A stretch of DNA of 64,000 bases, from NCBI RefSeq assembly GCF_020745735.1, contig NC_083409.1, positions 9,723,534 to 9,787,533 on the forward strand. The letters run 5' to 3'. Below the pieces are notes generated by a model that saw nothing but the letters and a program-made list of their open reading frames with translations, was not told where the DNA came from and searched no databases. Made by a program: the position numbers and the translations under genes. Shown here one piece after another: positions 1 to 12,169 of the stretch. The DNA is from Hemiscyllium ocellatum. Its lineage: Eukaryota. Position 1 is the stretch's first letter; every line of letters starts with the position of its first letter.

Positions 1-382
1 TTTTTCAATAGACGTGTTAAATTAACTCCATCCATTCTGTAGGACCTATTCCACAGTCGACAAACAGATAACCATCAATGTTTCTCATATTTTGCAACCA
101 CTTCCTGAAGCACTCCTGAAAATAGTTTATTTGGCCCTGCTGATTTAAGACATTCTAATTTTCCCAGAACCATTTTCCTCCAACAACTGACTTCCTTCAG
201 CTCCTTCCTCTGATAAAACCCCAAGTTCACCAACATGTCTGAGATTTATTTGAGAATTCATTTGTGCAGAAAGATCCAGAATATGTTTATCTGTCATCTC
301 TTTGTTCCAACTATAACATTATAACACTTGTGTGGAACTTCCTTGAATATAATCTGGACATCCATATAAACAACTCATTAGT

Positions 383-689
383 GGGTGGCACGGTGGCACA
401 GTGGTTAGCACTGCTGCCTCACAGCGCCAGGGACCTGGGTTCAATTCCTGCCTCAGGTGACTGTGTGGAGTTTGCACGTTCTCCCCGTGTCTGCGTGGGT
501 TTCCTCCGGGTGCTCCGGTTTCCTCCCACAGTCACAAAGATGTGCGGGTCAGGTGAATTGGCCATGCTAAATTGCCCAAGTGTTAAGTAAGGGGAAAATG
601 TAGGGGTGTGGGTGGCGCTTCGGTGGGTCGGTGTGGACATGTTGGGCCGAAGGGCCTGTTTCCACACTGTAAGTAATCTAATCTAATCT
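383..689 (+). mobile_element. HE1-type (V-SINE) tRNA-derived SINE
   Basis: A/B-box head GGTGGCACAGTGGTTAGC...GGTTCAATTCC, V-domain GTGTGGAGTTTGCACGTTCTCCCCGTGTCTGCGTGGGTTTCC and (TAATC)n tail. Confidence 0.9.
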
Positions 690-1164
690 TCCCTTATCTC
701 ACACATTAGTGACCTCGTTAAAACATGTAACCAGATAGTTAAAGAGGTCTGACCCTTTTAAATCCATGCTGACTTACTCTGATCTGTTCATAATTGTCAG
801 ACATTCTGTCTCTAAAATCAGATTCAATTACTTCCCAACAATAGACATTCAACGGCATGTCTGCAGATGCTGGAAACCAGATTCTGGATTACTGGTGCTA
901 GAAGAGCACAGTAGTTCAGGCAGCATCCGAGGAGCAGCGAAACCAACGTTTTGGGCAAAAGCCCTTCATCAAGATTAAAGGCAGTGAGCCTGAAGCGTGT
1001 AGAGATAAGCTAGAGGAGGGTAGGAGTGGGGAGAAAGTAGCATAGAGTACAAGAAAATGTGGCTGTGGTAGCGAGTTTGTTTCACGACATGGTTGAAGAG
1101 CTTCTCTCTCCAAGAATCTCAGGGAGTTCCTCTCCCACTGCAACTCCCAGGCCATTTCCTCTGC

Positions 1165-4100
1165 CCTGAAGCTGTACCAGCCTCTACCACTTCCTCTGGC
1201 AGCCCATTCCACACTCGCACCATCCTGTGTGTGAAAAAGTTGCTCCTCAAGTCTCTTTTATATCTTTCCCCTCTTACCCTAAACCCATGCCCTCTGTTGC
1301 TGGACTCCACCACCCCAGGGAAAAGACTTGGTCTCTTTGCCCTTTCCATGCCCCTCATGATTTTGTAAACCTCTGTAAGGTCAGTCCTCAGCAGGGACCT
1401 CTGTAAGGTCACCCCTCACTCCAGGGAAAATATCCCCAGCCTAATTAACCTCTCCCTGTAGCTTAAATCCCCCAAACCTGGTAACATTCAGGTAAATCTT
1501 TACTGAACCCTTTCAAGTTTCACAACATCCTTCTGATAGGAAGGAGACCAGAATTGAACACAATACTCCAAAAGTGGTTTAGGAGACCTCCCAATACCTA
1601 TACTCAATACTCTAACCAATAAAGGAAAGCATACCAAATGTCTTCTTCATTATCTACCTACCTACGACTCTATTTTCAAGGAGCTATGAACATACACTCC
1701 AAAGTCTCTTTGTTCAGCAACACTCCCGAGAACCTCACCATTAAGTGTATAAGTCCTGCTAAGATTTGCTTTCCTAACTGCAGCACCTTGCATTTATCTA
1801 AATTAAACTCCATCTGCCATTCCTTAGCCCATTGGCCCATCGGATCAAGATCCTGTTGTAATCTGAGGTAACCTTCTTCGCTGTCCACTACACCTCCAAT
1901 TTTGGTGTCATTTGCAAACTTACTAACTCTACCTCCTAGGTTCATATCCCAATCATTTATGGAAATGACAGAAAGTAGTTGCCCCAGCACAAATCCTTAT
2001 GACACTCCACTGGTCACAGGCCTCCAGTCTGAAAAACAACCCTCCACCACCACCCTCTGTCTTCTACCTTTGAGCCAGTTCTGTATCCAAATGGCTAGTT
2101 TTAACTGTATTCCATGAGATCTAACCTTGCTAACCAATCTTCCATGGGGAACCTTGTCGAATGCCATACTGAAGTCCATACAGATCCTAACGCTCTGCCC
2201 TCATCAATTCTTCCTGTTACTTCTTCAAAAAACTCAATCAAGTTTGTGAGACATCATTTCCCATGCACAAAACCATGCTGAGTATCCCCAATCAGTCTTT
2301 GCCTTTCCAAATATATGGACAATCTGTCCCTCAGGATTCCTTTCAATAACTTCCTCACAATCGACGTCTGGCTGACTGGTCTACAGTTCCCTGGCTTGTC
2401 CTTACCACCTTTCTTAAATAGTGGCACCAATTAGTGAACCTCCAGTCTTCTGGCACATCATCTGTGACTATTGAGGATACAAATATCACAATAAGAGGAC
2501 CAGCAATCACTTCCCTTGCTTCTCACAGTGTTCTAGGGTACACCTAATTATGTCCTGGGGATTTATCCACTTTTATGCATTTCAAGACATCTAGCACCTC
2601 CTCGTCTGTAATATGAACATTTTTCAAGATATCACCATCTATTTCCCTACATTCTATATCTTCAATATCCTTCTCCACAGTTAAAGTGAAGCAAAATACT
2701 CATTTGGTATCTGCCCCATCTCCTGCGGCTCCACACAAAGGTCGCCTTGCTGATCTTTGAGGGGCCCTATTCTCTCCTTAGTTACCCTCTTGTCCTTAAT
2801 GTATTCATAAAACCCCTCTGGATTCTCCTTAACCCTATTTGCCAAAGCTATCTCATGTTGTTGCCCTCCTGATTTCCCTCTTAAGTGTACTCCTACTGCT
2901 TTTGTATACCTCTAAGGATTCACTCAATCTATCCTGTCTGTACCTTACTATGCTTCATTCTTTTTCTTAACCAAACTCTCAACTTCTCTCATCATCCAAT
3001 ATTCCCTACACCTACCAGCCTTTCCTTTCACCGTAACTAGAATATACTATCTCAGGACTCAAATTATCTCATTTCTGAAGGCTTCCTATTTTCCAGCTGT
3101 CCCTTTACCTGTGAGCAACTGCCCCCAATCAGCTTTTCAGAGTTCTTGTCTGATACCAGCAACATTGGCCTTCCTCCAATTTAGAACTTCAACTTCTGGA
3201 TCTGGTCGATCCTTTTCCATCACTATTTTAAAATGAATAGAATTATGGTCTCTGACCAAAAGTGCTCCTCCACTGACACCTCAGTCACCTGCCCTGCCTT
3301 ATTTCCAAGAGTAGGTCGAGCTTTGCACCTTCTCTAGTAGGTACATCCACATACTGAATCAGAAAATTGTCTTGTGTGCACTTAGCAAATTCCTCTCCAT
3401 CTAAACCCTTAACACTATGGCAGTCCCAGTCTATGTTTGGAAAGTTAAAATCCCCTACTATAACCTCCCCATTATTCTACTGATAACTGAAATCTCCTTA
3501 CAAATTTGTTTCTCAATTTCCCACTGACTACTGGAGGGGGGCTATAATATACTCCTAACAAGGTGATCATCCCCTTCTTTTTTCTCAGTTCCATCAAAAT
3601 ACCTTCCCTGGATGTATTTCTGGGAATATCCTCCCTAAGTACAGCTGTCATGCTATCCCTTATCAAAAATGCCACACACCCTCCTCTTGTGCCTCCCTTT
3701 CTGTCCTTCTGTAGCATTTGTATCCCAGAACATTAAACGGCCAGTCCTGTCCAACCCTGAGCCATGTTTCCGTAATTGCTTTGATATCCCAGTCCCATGT
3801 TCCTAAGCACGCCATAAGTTCATCTTCTTTCCCTGTTAGGCCTCTTGCACTGAAATAAATTTATTTTAATTTATCAGTCCTACCTTGTTCTCTGCTTTGT
3901 CCCTGCCTGCCTTGACTGTTTGACTTGACTTTGTTCTCAACTGTAGCAACCTCAGGTTGAAATCTTTCCTCACTATCTCCCTGGGTCCCACCCGCACACT
4001 TTACTAGTTTAAATCCTCCTGAGCAGCTCTAGCAAATCTCCCTGCCAGTATATTAGTCCCCTTCCAATTTAGTGGCAATCCGTCCTTCTTGTACAGGTCA

Positions 4101-4700
4101 CTTCTACCTCAAAACAGCTTCCAAAGATCCAAAAATGTGAATCCTTCTCCCATACACCAGCTCCTCAGCCATGCATTCATCTGCTCTATCCTCATATTCC
4201 TGCCCTCACTAGCTCATAGCACCAGGAATACTTCAGGTATTACTACACTTGAGGACCTCGTTTTTAAATTCCTGCCTAAATCCTTGTCATCCCCCTTCAG
4301 AATCTCAACCTTTTCCCTTCCTATGTCGTTGGTTCCGAAGTGTACAATGACCTCCTGCTGGTCCCTCTCCACCTTAACATTCTGCACCCTCCCTGAGACA
4401 TCCTAATCCTGGCACCAAGGAAGCAACACACCATTCTGATTTTTCACTGCTGGCCACAGAAATGTCTGTCTGTACCTCGGGAGAGAGAGTCCCCTAACAC
4501 AGTCGATCGTTTGGAACCCGACGTACCTCCCATTACATTAGAGCCAGTGTCAATACCAGAAACTTGGCTGCTCATGCTAAGTACCCCTGAGTTTCCATCA
4601 CACCCTACATTTTCCAAAACAGCATACTTGTTTGAAATGTGAATAGCCACAGAAGACTCCTGCACTACTTGCCTACCTCTCTTGCCTTTCCTGGAGTTAT
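1165..4700 (-). mobile_element. Decayed long CR1-clade LINE (ORF1 esterase remnant, endonuclease, RT)
   Basis: Fragmentary peptides DFSMAFDKVPHGRLV, KFANDTKIGGVVDSEEGYLRLQQDLD, RSNFFTHRMVRVWNGLP, GGCVAFLIRD and VLGDSLSRGTDRHFCG, broken by many stops and frameshifts. Confidence 0.9.
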
Positions 4701-5794
4701 GGTAAGAGCCCATGGGATCCAAGGCATTTTGGCAAATTGAATCCAAATATGAGGCAAAGAGTGATGGTGGAGGGTTGTCTTTGTGATTGGAAGCCTGTGA
4801 CCAGTGGTGTAAGACAGGGACTGGGGCTGGGACACTTGCTGTTTATAATGTACATTAACAAATTGACTGTGATTAGAAAGTTTTCAGAGGCCACATAAAT
4901 TGGTGGTGTTATTGATATTGATTTGATTTTTATTGTGGTTTATTGTCACGTGTACTCGAGTGCAAAAGTATTGGAGTACAGTGAAAAATATGTAACGTCA
5001 CCTCACAAGGCGCCATCTTAGGTACAAGGACCTCAGTACAGAATCGTAAGAACAAGGTAGAAAGAAAGAATAAAGTTCAAAGTTACACGTTGCAGATCTT
5101 TTTAGTTTTAAGTAGAAAATGAAGAAATAAAGGTGAAAGTTCAAGTATTAGAGCCTTTCTTAACAACTTAGCTACCATGGGATCATACTTTAAGTCATCA
5201 TCTCAAGACCGGAAGTCCGCGCTGAGGCCTTTCCGGATGGAGAGACCACCATATACAGAAAGGACCGCTATGTGGGCTGAGAGACAACCACGCTGGGCCA
5301 CTCAGAAATCGCTACACTCAGCTGAGTGACCATCACGCTGGGCTGACAGTCTAGCATGCTGGGCTGAGAGGCCACCACATCAAACTGAGAGGCCATCATA
5401 TTGGACCAAGAGTCTGCCTCGTTGGGCTGGAAGGTATCCCTGAAGAAGGGCTCATGCCCGAAACGTCGACTCTCCTGCCCCTTGGATGCTGTCTGACCTG
5501 CTGCGCTTTTCCAGCAACACATTTTTCAGCTCTGGAATGTATCCCTGCCAGGCCAGGACACTGCCACACCAAGCAAAGAGGCCACATCATTAGCTCTGCA
5601 CTGTGTCAGTGGCCCGGTGACTGAGGCTGGGAGTCCGAGCCCGGGAGAAAAAATAAGGGAGAAGGACAAAAGAAAAACACAAAAGAAAAGGAGAAGTGAA
5701 GTGGAATAGAAAGAAGAAAAGGAAACAGACGGAGCAGATGAACTCGTTCTGAAGTATCCTACTCTGCTGCCATCTTGGATTACCGGGTCTCAGG

Positions 5795-8575
5795 CTACAG
5801 TCTGATATTGGTCAGCTGGTAAATTGTGCAGAGCAATGGCAGATGTAATTTAATCCTGATACCTCTGAGGTGATCCAACTTGAGAGGTCTAATAATGGAA
5901 GGATATACACAATGAAAGGCATGTGCCTTGAGTGTCCTTATGCATGAATCACAGAGGGTTGGTCGACAGGTACAACAAGCAATTAGGAAGGCAAATGGAA
6001 TTTTGTCCTTCATTGCTAAAGGGATTGAGTTTAAAAAGCGGGAAGGTTATGTTGCAGCTGTACAGGGTGCTGGTGAGGCCACACCTGGAGTGCTGCATGC
6101 AGTAATGGTCTCCTTACTTGGAAAAGGCAATACTGACACTAGAGGGGTGCAGAGAAAGTTCACCAGGCTGATTCTGGGGTGGAAGCGGAGGCTTATGAAA
6201 GGCGACTGCGTAGACTGGGATATATTCATGAGAACTCAGAAGAATGAGGGGGACCTTATAGAAACAAATAAAATTATAAAGAGAATAGATAAGACAGAAG
6301 TAGAGAGGATGTTCTCACTGGCAGGTGAAACTAAAACAAGAGGGTTTAACCTCAAAATCAGGGGGAGCAGATTTAGGACTGAATTGAGAAGGAACTTCTT
6401 CACCCAGAGGGTCATAAATCTATGAAATTCCTTGCTCAATGAAGAAATTGATGCTATTTCAGTAAATGTTTTAAAGCTAAGAGATTTTTTTTAACAATAA
6501 AAGAATTAAGAGATACAGTGAGAGCAAATGCCAGGTCTTGCACTTTAGAAAAAAAATACAGGCATGGACAATTTTCTAAACGGTGAGAAAATTCATAAAG
6601 CCAAAGTACAAAGTGATCTGGGAATGCTGGTCCTGGATTCTCTAAAGGTTAACTTGCAGGTTGAATCCGTGGTTAAGAAAGCAAATGTAATGTTGTCATT
6701 TATCTCAAGAGCTGAAAAATGTGTTGCTGGCAAAGCGCAGCAGGAATGAAGAAGGGCTTATGCCCAAAACTTCAATTCTCCTGCTCCTTGGATGCTGCCT
6801 GACCTGCTGCGCTTTTCCAGCAACACATTTTTCAGCTCTGATCTCCAGCATCTGCAGTCCTCACTTTCTCCGAATTTATCTCAAGAGGGTTGGAATGTAA
6901 AATGAGATGTGCTACTGAGTCTTTATAAAGCCTCTGGTAAGGCCCCATTCAGTCCAGTTTTGGGCCCCACACCTCAGGAAGGACATATTGACACTGGATC
7001 GTGTCCAGTGGAGATTCACACGGATGATCCTTGGAATGGTAAGCCTAATATATGATGAACAGCTGAGGATCCTGGGATTGTATTCATTCGACTTTCGAAG
7101 GGGAGATTTAATAAAAACTTACAGGATAATGCATGGCTTTGAAATGTTGGATGCTGGGAAATTGTTTCCATTTGGTGGGGGTACTAGGACCCGTGGGCAC
7201 AGCCTTAGAGTTAGAGGGGGTCAGTTTAAAACAGAACTGAGGAGACATTTCTTAAGCTAGAGAGTGATGGGCCTTTGGAATTTATTGCCAGAGAGCGCAC
7301 TGGCGGCTGAAATATTAAATGTCTTCAAGGCAGAGATTGATAAATTCTTAATCTTGGAATGAATTAAGGGCTACAGGGAGAGTGTGGGTAACTGTCCTTC
7401 AATGCCCAACACCCATGATTGAATGGCGGAGTGGACTAGATGGACCAAATGGCCTTACTTCCACTCCTTTGTCTTATGGTCTTATGTGGAGCTGAGTCCA
7501 TGAAAAGATCAGCCATGATCTTATTGAATGGCAGAGCAGGGTTGAAGGGCCAGATGGCCAACTCCTGCTCCTAGTTCTTATGTTCTGATGTTCCTTGGGA
7601 GTACTGAGGAACAAAGGGACTTTGGTGTACAAGTCCATCAATCCCGGAAGGTATCAGCACAGCTAGACAGGGTGGTGAAGAAGGCATATGGGATGCTTGC
7701 CATCATTAGAGAAAATAATACCGGCATGGACAATTTTGTAAACGGTGAGAAAATTCATAACGTCAAAGTACAAAGTGATCTAGGAATGCTAGTCCCGGAT
7801 TCTCTAAAGGTTAACTTGCAAGTTGAATCTGTGGTTAAGAATGCAAATGTAGTGTTGTCATTTATCTCAAGAGCTGAAAAAGAGCCATTCCTGAAGAAGG
7901 GCTTATGCCCGAATCGTCGAATTTCCTGTTCCTTGGATGCTGCCTGACCTGCTGCGCTTTTCCAGCAACACATTTTCAGCTGCTTGCCATCATGAGCCAG
8001 GGTGTAGAATATAGGAAGTAGAAATTCTTGTTGTTACCTGACAGAGCACTGGTTAGGTCATGTCTGGAATACTGTGCACAGTTCTGGTCGTGACACTGTT
8101 GGAAGAACATGATTGAACTGGAGAGGATGCAGAGGAGATTAACCAGAATGTTCCCGGGGATGGAAAGTGGTCGTTATGAGGAGAGATTGGATAGACTGGG
8201 TTTGTTTTCTCTGGGGGAAATCTGATTGAGGTATACACAAATATGAAAGGCATAGACAAAGTAAATTGTGAGAATCTTTTCCCCATGTCAGACATGTCTA
8301 TGACCAGAGGGAATAAGCTTACCGTGTAAAAAACTAGTTTAGAGAGGTTTTGAGGACTTTTTTCCCCTAGAGGGTGGTAGAAATATGGAATGTGCAGCTT
8401 GAGAAGGTGGTGGAGACAGCTCCTCTCACAACATTTAAGAAACATCCAGACGAGCACATAAAATGCCAGGGCTTGGAAGGCCATGGACCAAGTGCAGGTA
8501 AATGGAGTTTGGTGATTACTGATTGGCATCGACATGTGGACAAACAGAAGGGCCTGTTTGTTTGCTGTATGACTC
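5795..8575 (+). mobile_element. Cluster of CR1 3'-end fragments (mostly + strand) with nested insertions
   Basis: Repeated RT C-terminal peptides (KANGILSFI, RNFFTQRVINLW, TRGHSL). Confidence 0.85.
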
Positions 8576-8587
8576 TATGACAATGTA

Positions 8588-11560
8588 GAGATGGATGTGG
8601 AAGCATTTTTCATGTTATTTCAGAAGATAGCAACACAAGTGAGGTGGGAAAAACAGGTTGGACTTTGCCCATGCAAAAATGAAAATGGAAAGCACAAGAG
8701 GTTTCTACATCCCTGTCAGAGGAATGTTCTCGGGATCACAAGGAGTTGGCCCCAGAAACATACAGACAGATGTTTCAGAACTGACACAAACAGCCTGGAC
8801 AAACTTCTACTGAGTTTAAGAGAGTTCAACAAAATAATGTTGACAGGTGGATAAGAGCATTAACAGCTGAGAATACTTACAATGCTCTCAGAGAAGATAT
8901 CATTTGAGAAGAATTTAAAACTTCCTTCCCTTCTAGAATCAGAATTCATGTAGATGACCAAAGGGGAGCGACAGTAAGACAAGCAGCTAGAATGGCTAAT
9001 GATTATAGACTTTGTTAAAACCAAAACCCTGCAGATGCTGGAATCCAAAGTAGATAAACAGGAGGCTGGAAGAGCACAACAAGCCAAGCAGCATCAGGAG
9101 GTGGAGAAGTCACCTGATGGGAGACCGATCCAGGAACCTTTTTCCCATCAGGCCCAGAAATGGGAGAAAAATAAAAATTGGGAGAGTCTAAGGAAGGTAG
9201 ATAGCCAGGGGAGAGAATGGACAGGAGGGAACAGCCCGAGAACTCCTCCTCAGATTAAGAAGGAAATTGCTGAGGGTGGAAGTGATGATCAGAAGCTGAA
9301 ATGTTTCTCTTGGAATAAGGTGGGCCATGTATGTTTGGAATGTTGGAAGTTGAGGTAAACCCATGGGATTTATGTGAGTTAGTAAAATGAGTCAGAGAAG
9401 GGAACACAGACAGATAATCCCACGGAGCAGGTTGTAGCTGTCACTATAACAAAAAGGCCAAAGGTGAATTCTGTCATTAGTAAAGGAAGTTGTCAGGTAG
9501 GTGAGAGGTGGACAGGACTTTTATCAAAAGGAATGGTGACTCCATTTTCTTCAGCTAAACCCAGAACCAAACTGAGAGATACAGGAGCAACACAGTCCCT
9601 TTTACTGGAGAAAGAATTGATATTCCCTCCAGAGAGCTCGATGGGAGCTAAGGTATTAATCAATGGGATTGGTGGAGAATATATTCCACTTCCATTGTAT
9701 ACAGTACAGCTGGAATGTGATTTGTTATCAGGAGAAGTAATTGTTGGAATGGGAAAACATTCCCTGTTGAGGGAGTCGATTTCCTTCTGGAGAATGGTTT
9801 GTCCGGACTAAAGGCAGTATCTTCCCCGATAATTACAGAATGTCCAAAGGAGGGCCAAGAAACAGAACAATGACAGGAACAGGTTCCTGGTCTCTCTCCT
9901 TCGTGTGAGGTAACCAGGGCAATGGTTAAACAAAATCCATCAATAAGGGTTGATGTGACACCACAGCAAGTGAAAGGATCGCTGAAACGTTCTGAAAGGG
10001 TGAAGATAATCCAGGTGGAGTGGTTAGTATGATGTCACTAATTACAGCAGATCCAAAAAGCAGATCCTGAATGAAATAAATGAGCACAGTCAGCTCATAC
10101 TGAGGTCGAGGCTGGAGGAGTTTCAGAGTGTTATTGTGTTCAGAATAGAGCGCTGATGAGGAAGTGGAGACCCCCTCATGGACCCCCAGATGAAGAATGG
10201 TCGGTTAGACATTGGCTAGTGGTCCCACCCAGCTATCATAAGGACATTGTAGAAGGGGCACGTGAGACTCCCATGGCAGGTCACATGGGGATTTGGAAAA
10301 CACAGGCATCCAGAAACAGGTATTTTACTGAGCCACAATTGGATAAAGATGTGGTGCAGTTTTATAAAACGTGTCTTACTTGTCAAGTTGTAGGTAAATC
10401 TCAATACAAAACCAGCATCCTTAATTCCTCTCCCAGTTTTTGAGGAACCATCCTATCATGTACAGGTGTGTCAAGTAGTGAGTATAATAGAGGAGGGGAT
10501 CAGAAAATGTTTGAGATCAAAAAAGACCTGGACACTTCCCAAAGGAAACTTCCTGTTATTAGATGAACAAATTCAGAGATATTTGAGACTTCAGGCACTG
10601 CATTTTTGAATCTGGAGAAAGATCAACAGGTAGATTTAGTGAGGCTGCTCAGACAATACAAAGATGTTTGTATGAGGAGTTGTTGAGGACTTTGATTCTG
10701 TACTTGATGGAGTTTAGAAAGATGAGAGGGAATGTCATTGAAACTTACAGAATACAGGTTGGCCTGGATAGAGTGGACATGGAGGAGATGTTTCTAATAA
10801 TAGCAGAGTTGGAGACCTGAGGGCACAGCCTCAGAGTGAAGAGACGGTCTTTCGAACTGAGTTGAGAAGGAATTTCTTCATCCAGGGTGTCATTAATCTG
10901 TGGAACTGCAGAGGGACTTGGAGGCCAATTCATTGAGTGTATTTAAGAAAGAGATAGATTGGCTCTTGATTGGTCAAGGGATCAAGATTTACAGGGAAAA
11001 GGGAAGAGATTGGGGCTGAGAAACATTATCAACTGTAAATGACCAGACATGATGGGCCATATGGCCCAATTCTGCTCCTTTATCTTGTGGACTTGTATTG
11101 ATACACTTAGATCTACCACATGAATAAAATACAACATGAATTTGGTAATTCAGACAAAATAAAACAAAAACCAACTGAAACCGGCAATGGAACAGAGGGC
11201 TTCCATGTTGGAGAATCAGCTGATTGAACCATATCAGAGTAATTGGAGTTCTCCTGTAGTATTGGCTCCTGAACCAAACTGTTCAATTTAATTCTGTGTA
11301 GACTCGAGGAATGTGAGTCTCGTCACAAAACCAGATTCATTCCCTATTTCCATCTGAGAAGGTTGCATAGAGAGGGTTTGTAGTATATCATTCTTGTATA
11401 AAATTGATTTGTTAAAAGGATGTTGACAAGAACTCACTGATAACTAGAACTAAGCGAGTTTCTGTATTTATCACACCTAATGGATTATACCCAATGGCAA
11501 GTTTTGCTGTGTGGACTTAACAACTCTCCAGGCACATTTGAATGATTATTGTGAAAGTGA
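8588..11560 (+). mobile_element. Gypsy LTR-retrotransposon internal remnant, Gmr1-like domain order (gag-PR-IN-RT)
   Basis: Gag-like DVEAFFMLFQKIA, degenerate knuckle CFSWNKVGH..C, protease LRDTGATQSL and integrase zinc finger AGHMG...CLTCQ. RT follows at ~11205-11545 (LIEPYQSNWSSPVVL, FCVD, KIDLLKG, FITPNGLY). A CR1 fragment interrupts at ~10680-11095. No LTRs were identified. Confidence 0.8.
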
Positions 11561-11956
11561 ACAAGGTCACACTCCCCCACATTACACTCCATCTGCCCAA
11601 TATTTCTTCAAAGCCCAGCTGTATCTAATATTCAGCAGGATGGACCTTCAATGCGAAAGAGCCATTTGTAACTAGAATAATGACACATCTCTGAGAATCA
11701 CATTAATAATTGTTTTTATTGAAGCTTTCATTAGTTCTGTGTTGATTGACACAATGCTCTGGTTTGGGCTTTGCTGTCTGTACAAACCATCTGTAATGTC
11801 TTTGCTGCAATGGTTCACATTTACATCATCAAACTCACACTCCAAATATCCCGTCATTATTCTCCATGGGATTCACTGGAATTGGGTCAGATCGAACTCC
11901 CAGCAGCTGAAATGGAGGGAGCGATACGGCTTACAGAGCAAGAGATGGAGCACAGG

Positions 11957-11961
<5 letters not shown>

Positions 11962-11988
<27 letters not shown>
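11962..11988 (+). repeat. (AG)n microsatellite
   Basis: Perfect AG run within a purine-rich patch (11930-12110). Confidence 0.9.
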
Positions 11989-11993
<5 letters not shown>

Positions 11994-12169
11994 CACTAAA
12001 AGAGAGGGGGACAGAGCTTGGACAGAGAAAGAGGGATGGAACTCAGAGTGAGTTCTATGCAGCTGAGTTAGAGAGGGGTGGGAAGAGAGAGTGGGAGAGA
12101 TAGATGGAGTCAAGGAGTTGTATATCAAAGATAAATTATACTCTGTTAAAGATTGCACTGGATGAATGC

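Noticed and set aside
383-460. tRNA-like A/B boxes at HE1 heads as tRNA genes
   Set aside because: They continue into the V-SINE body and tail and do not form a complete cloverleaf, so they are SINE heads.
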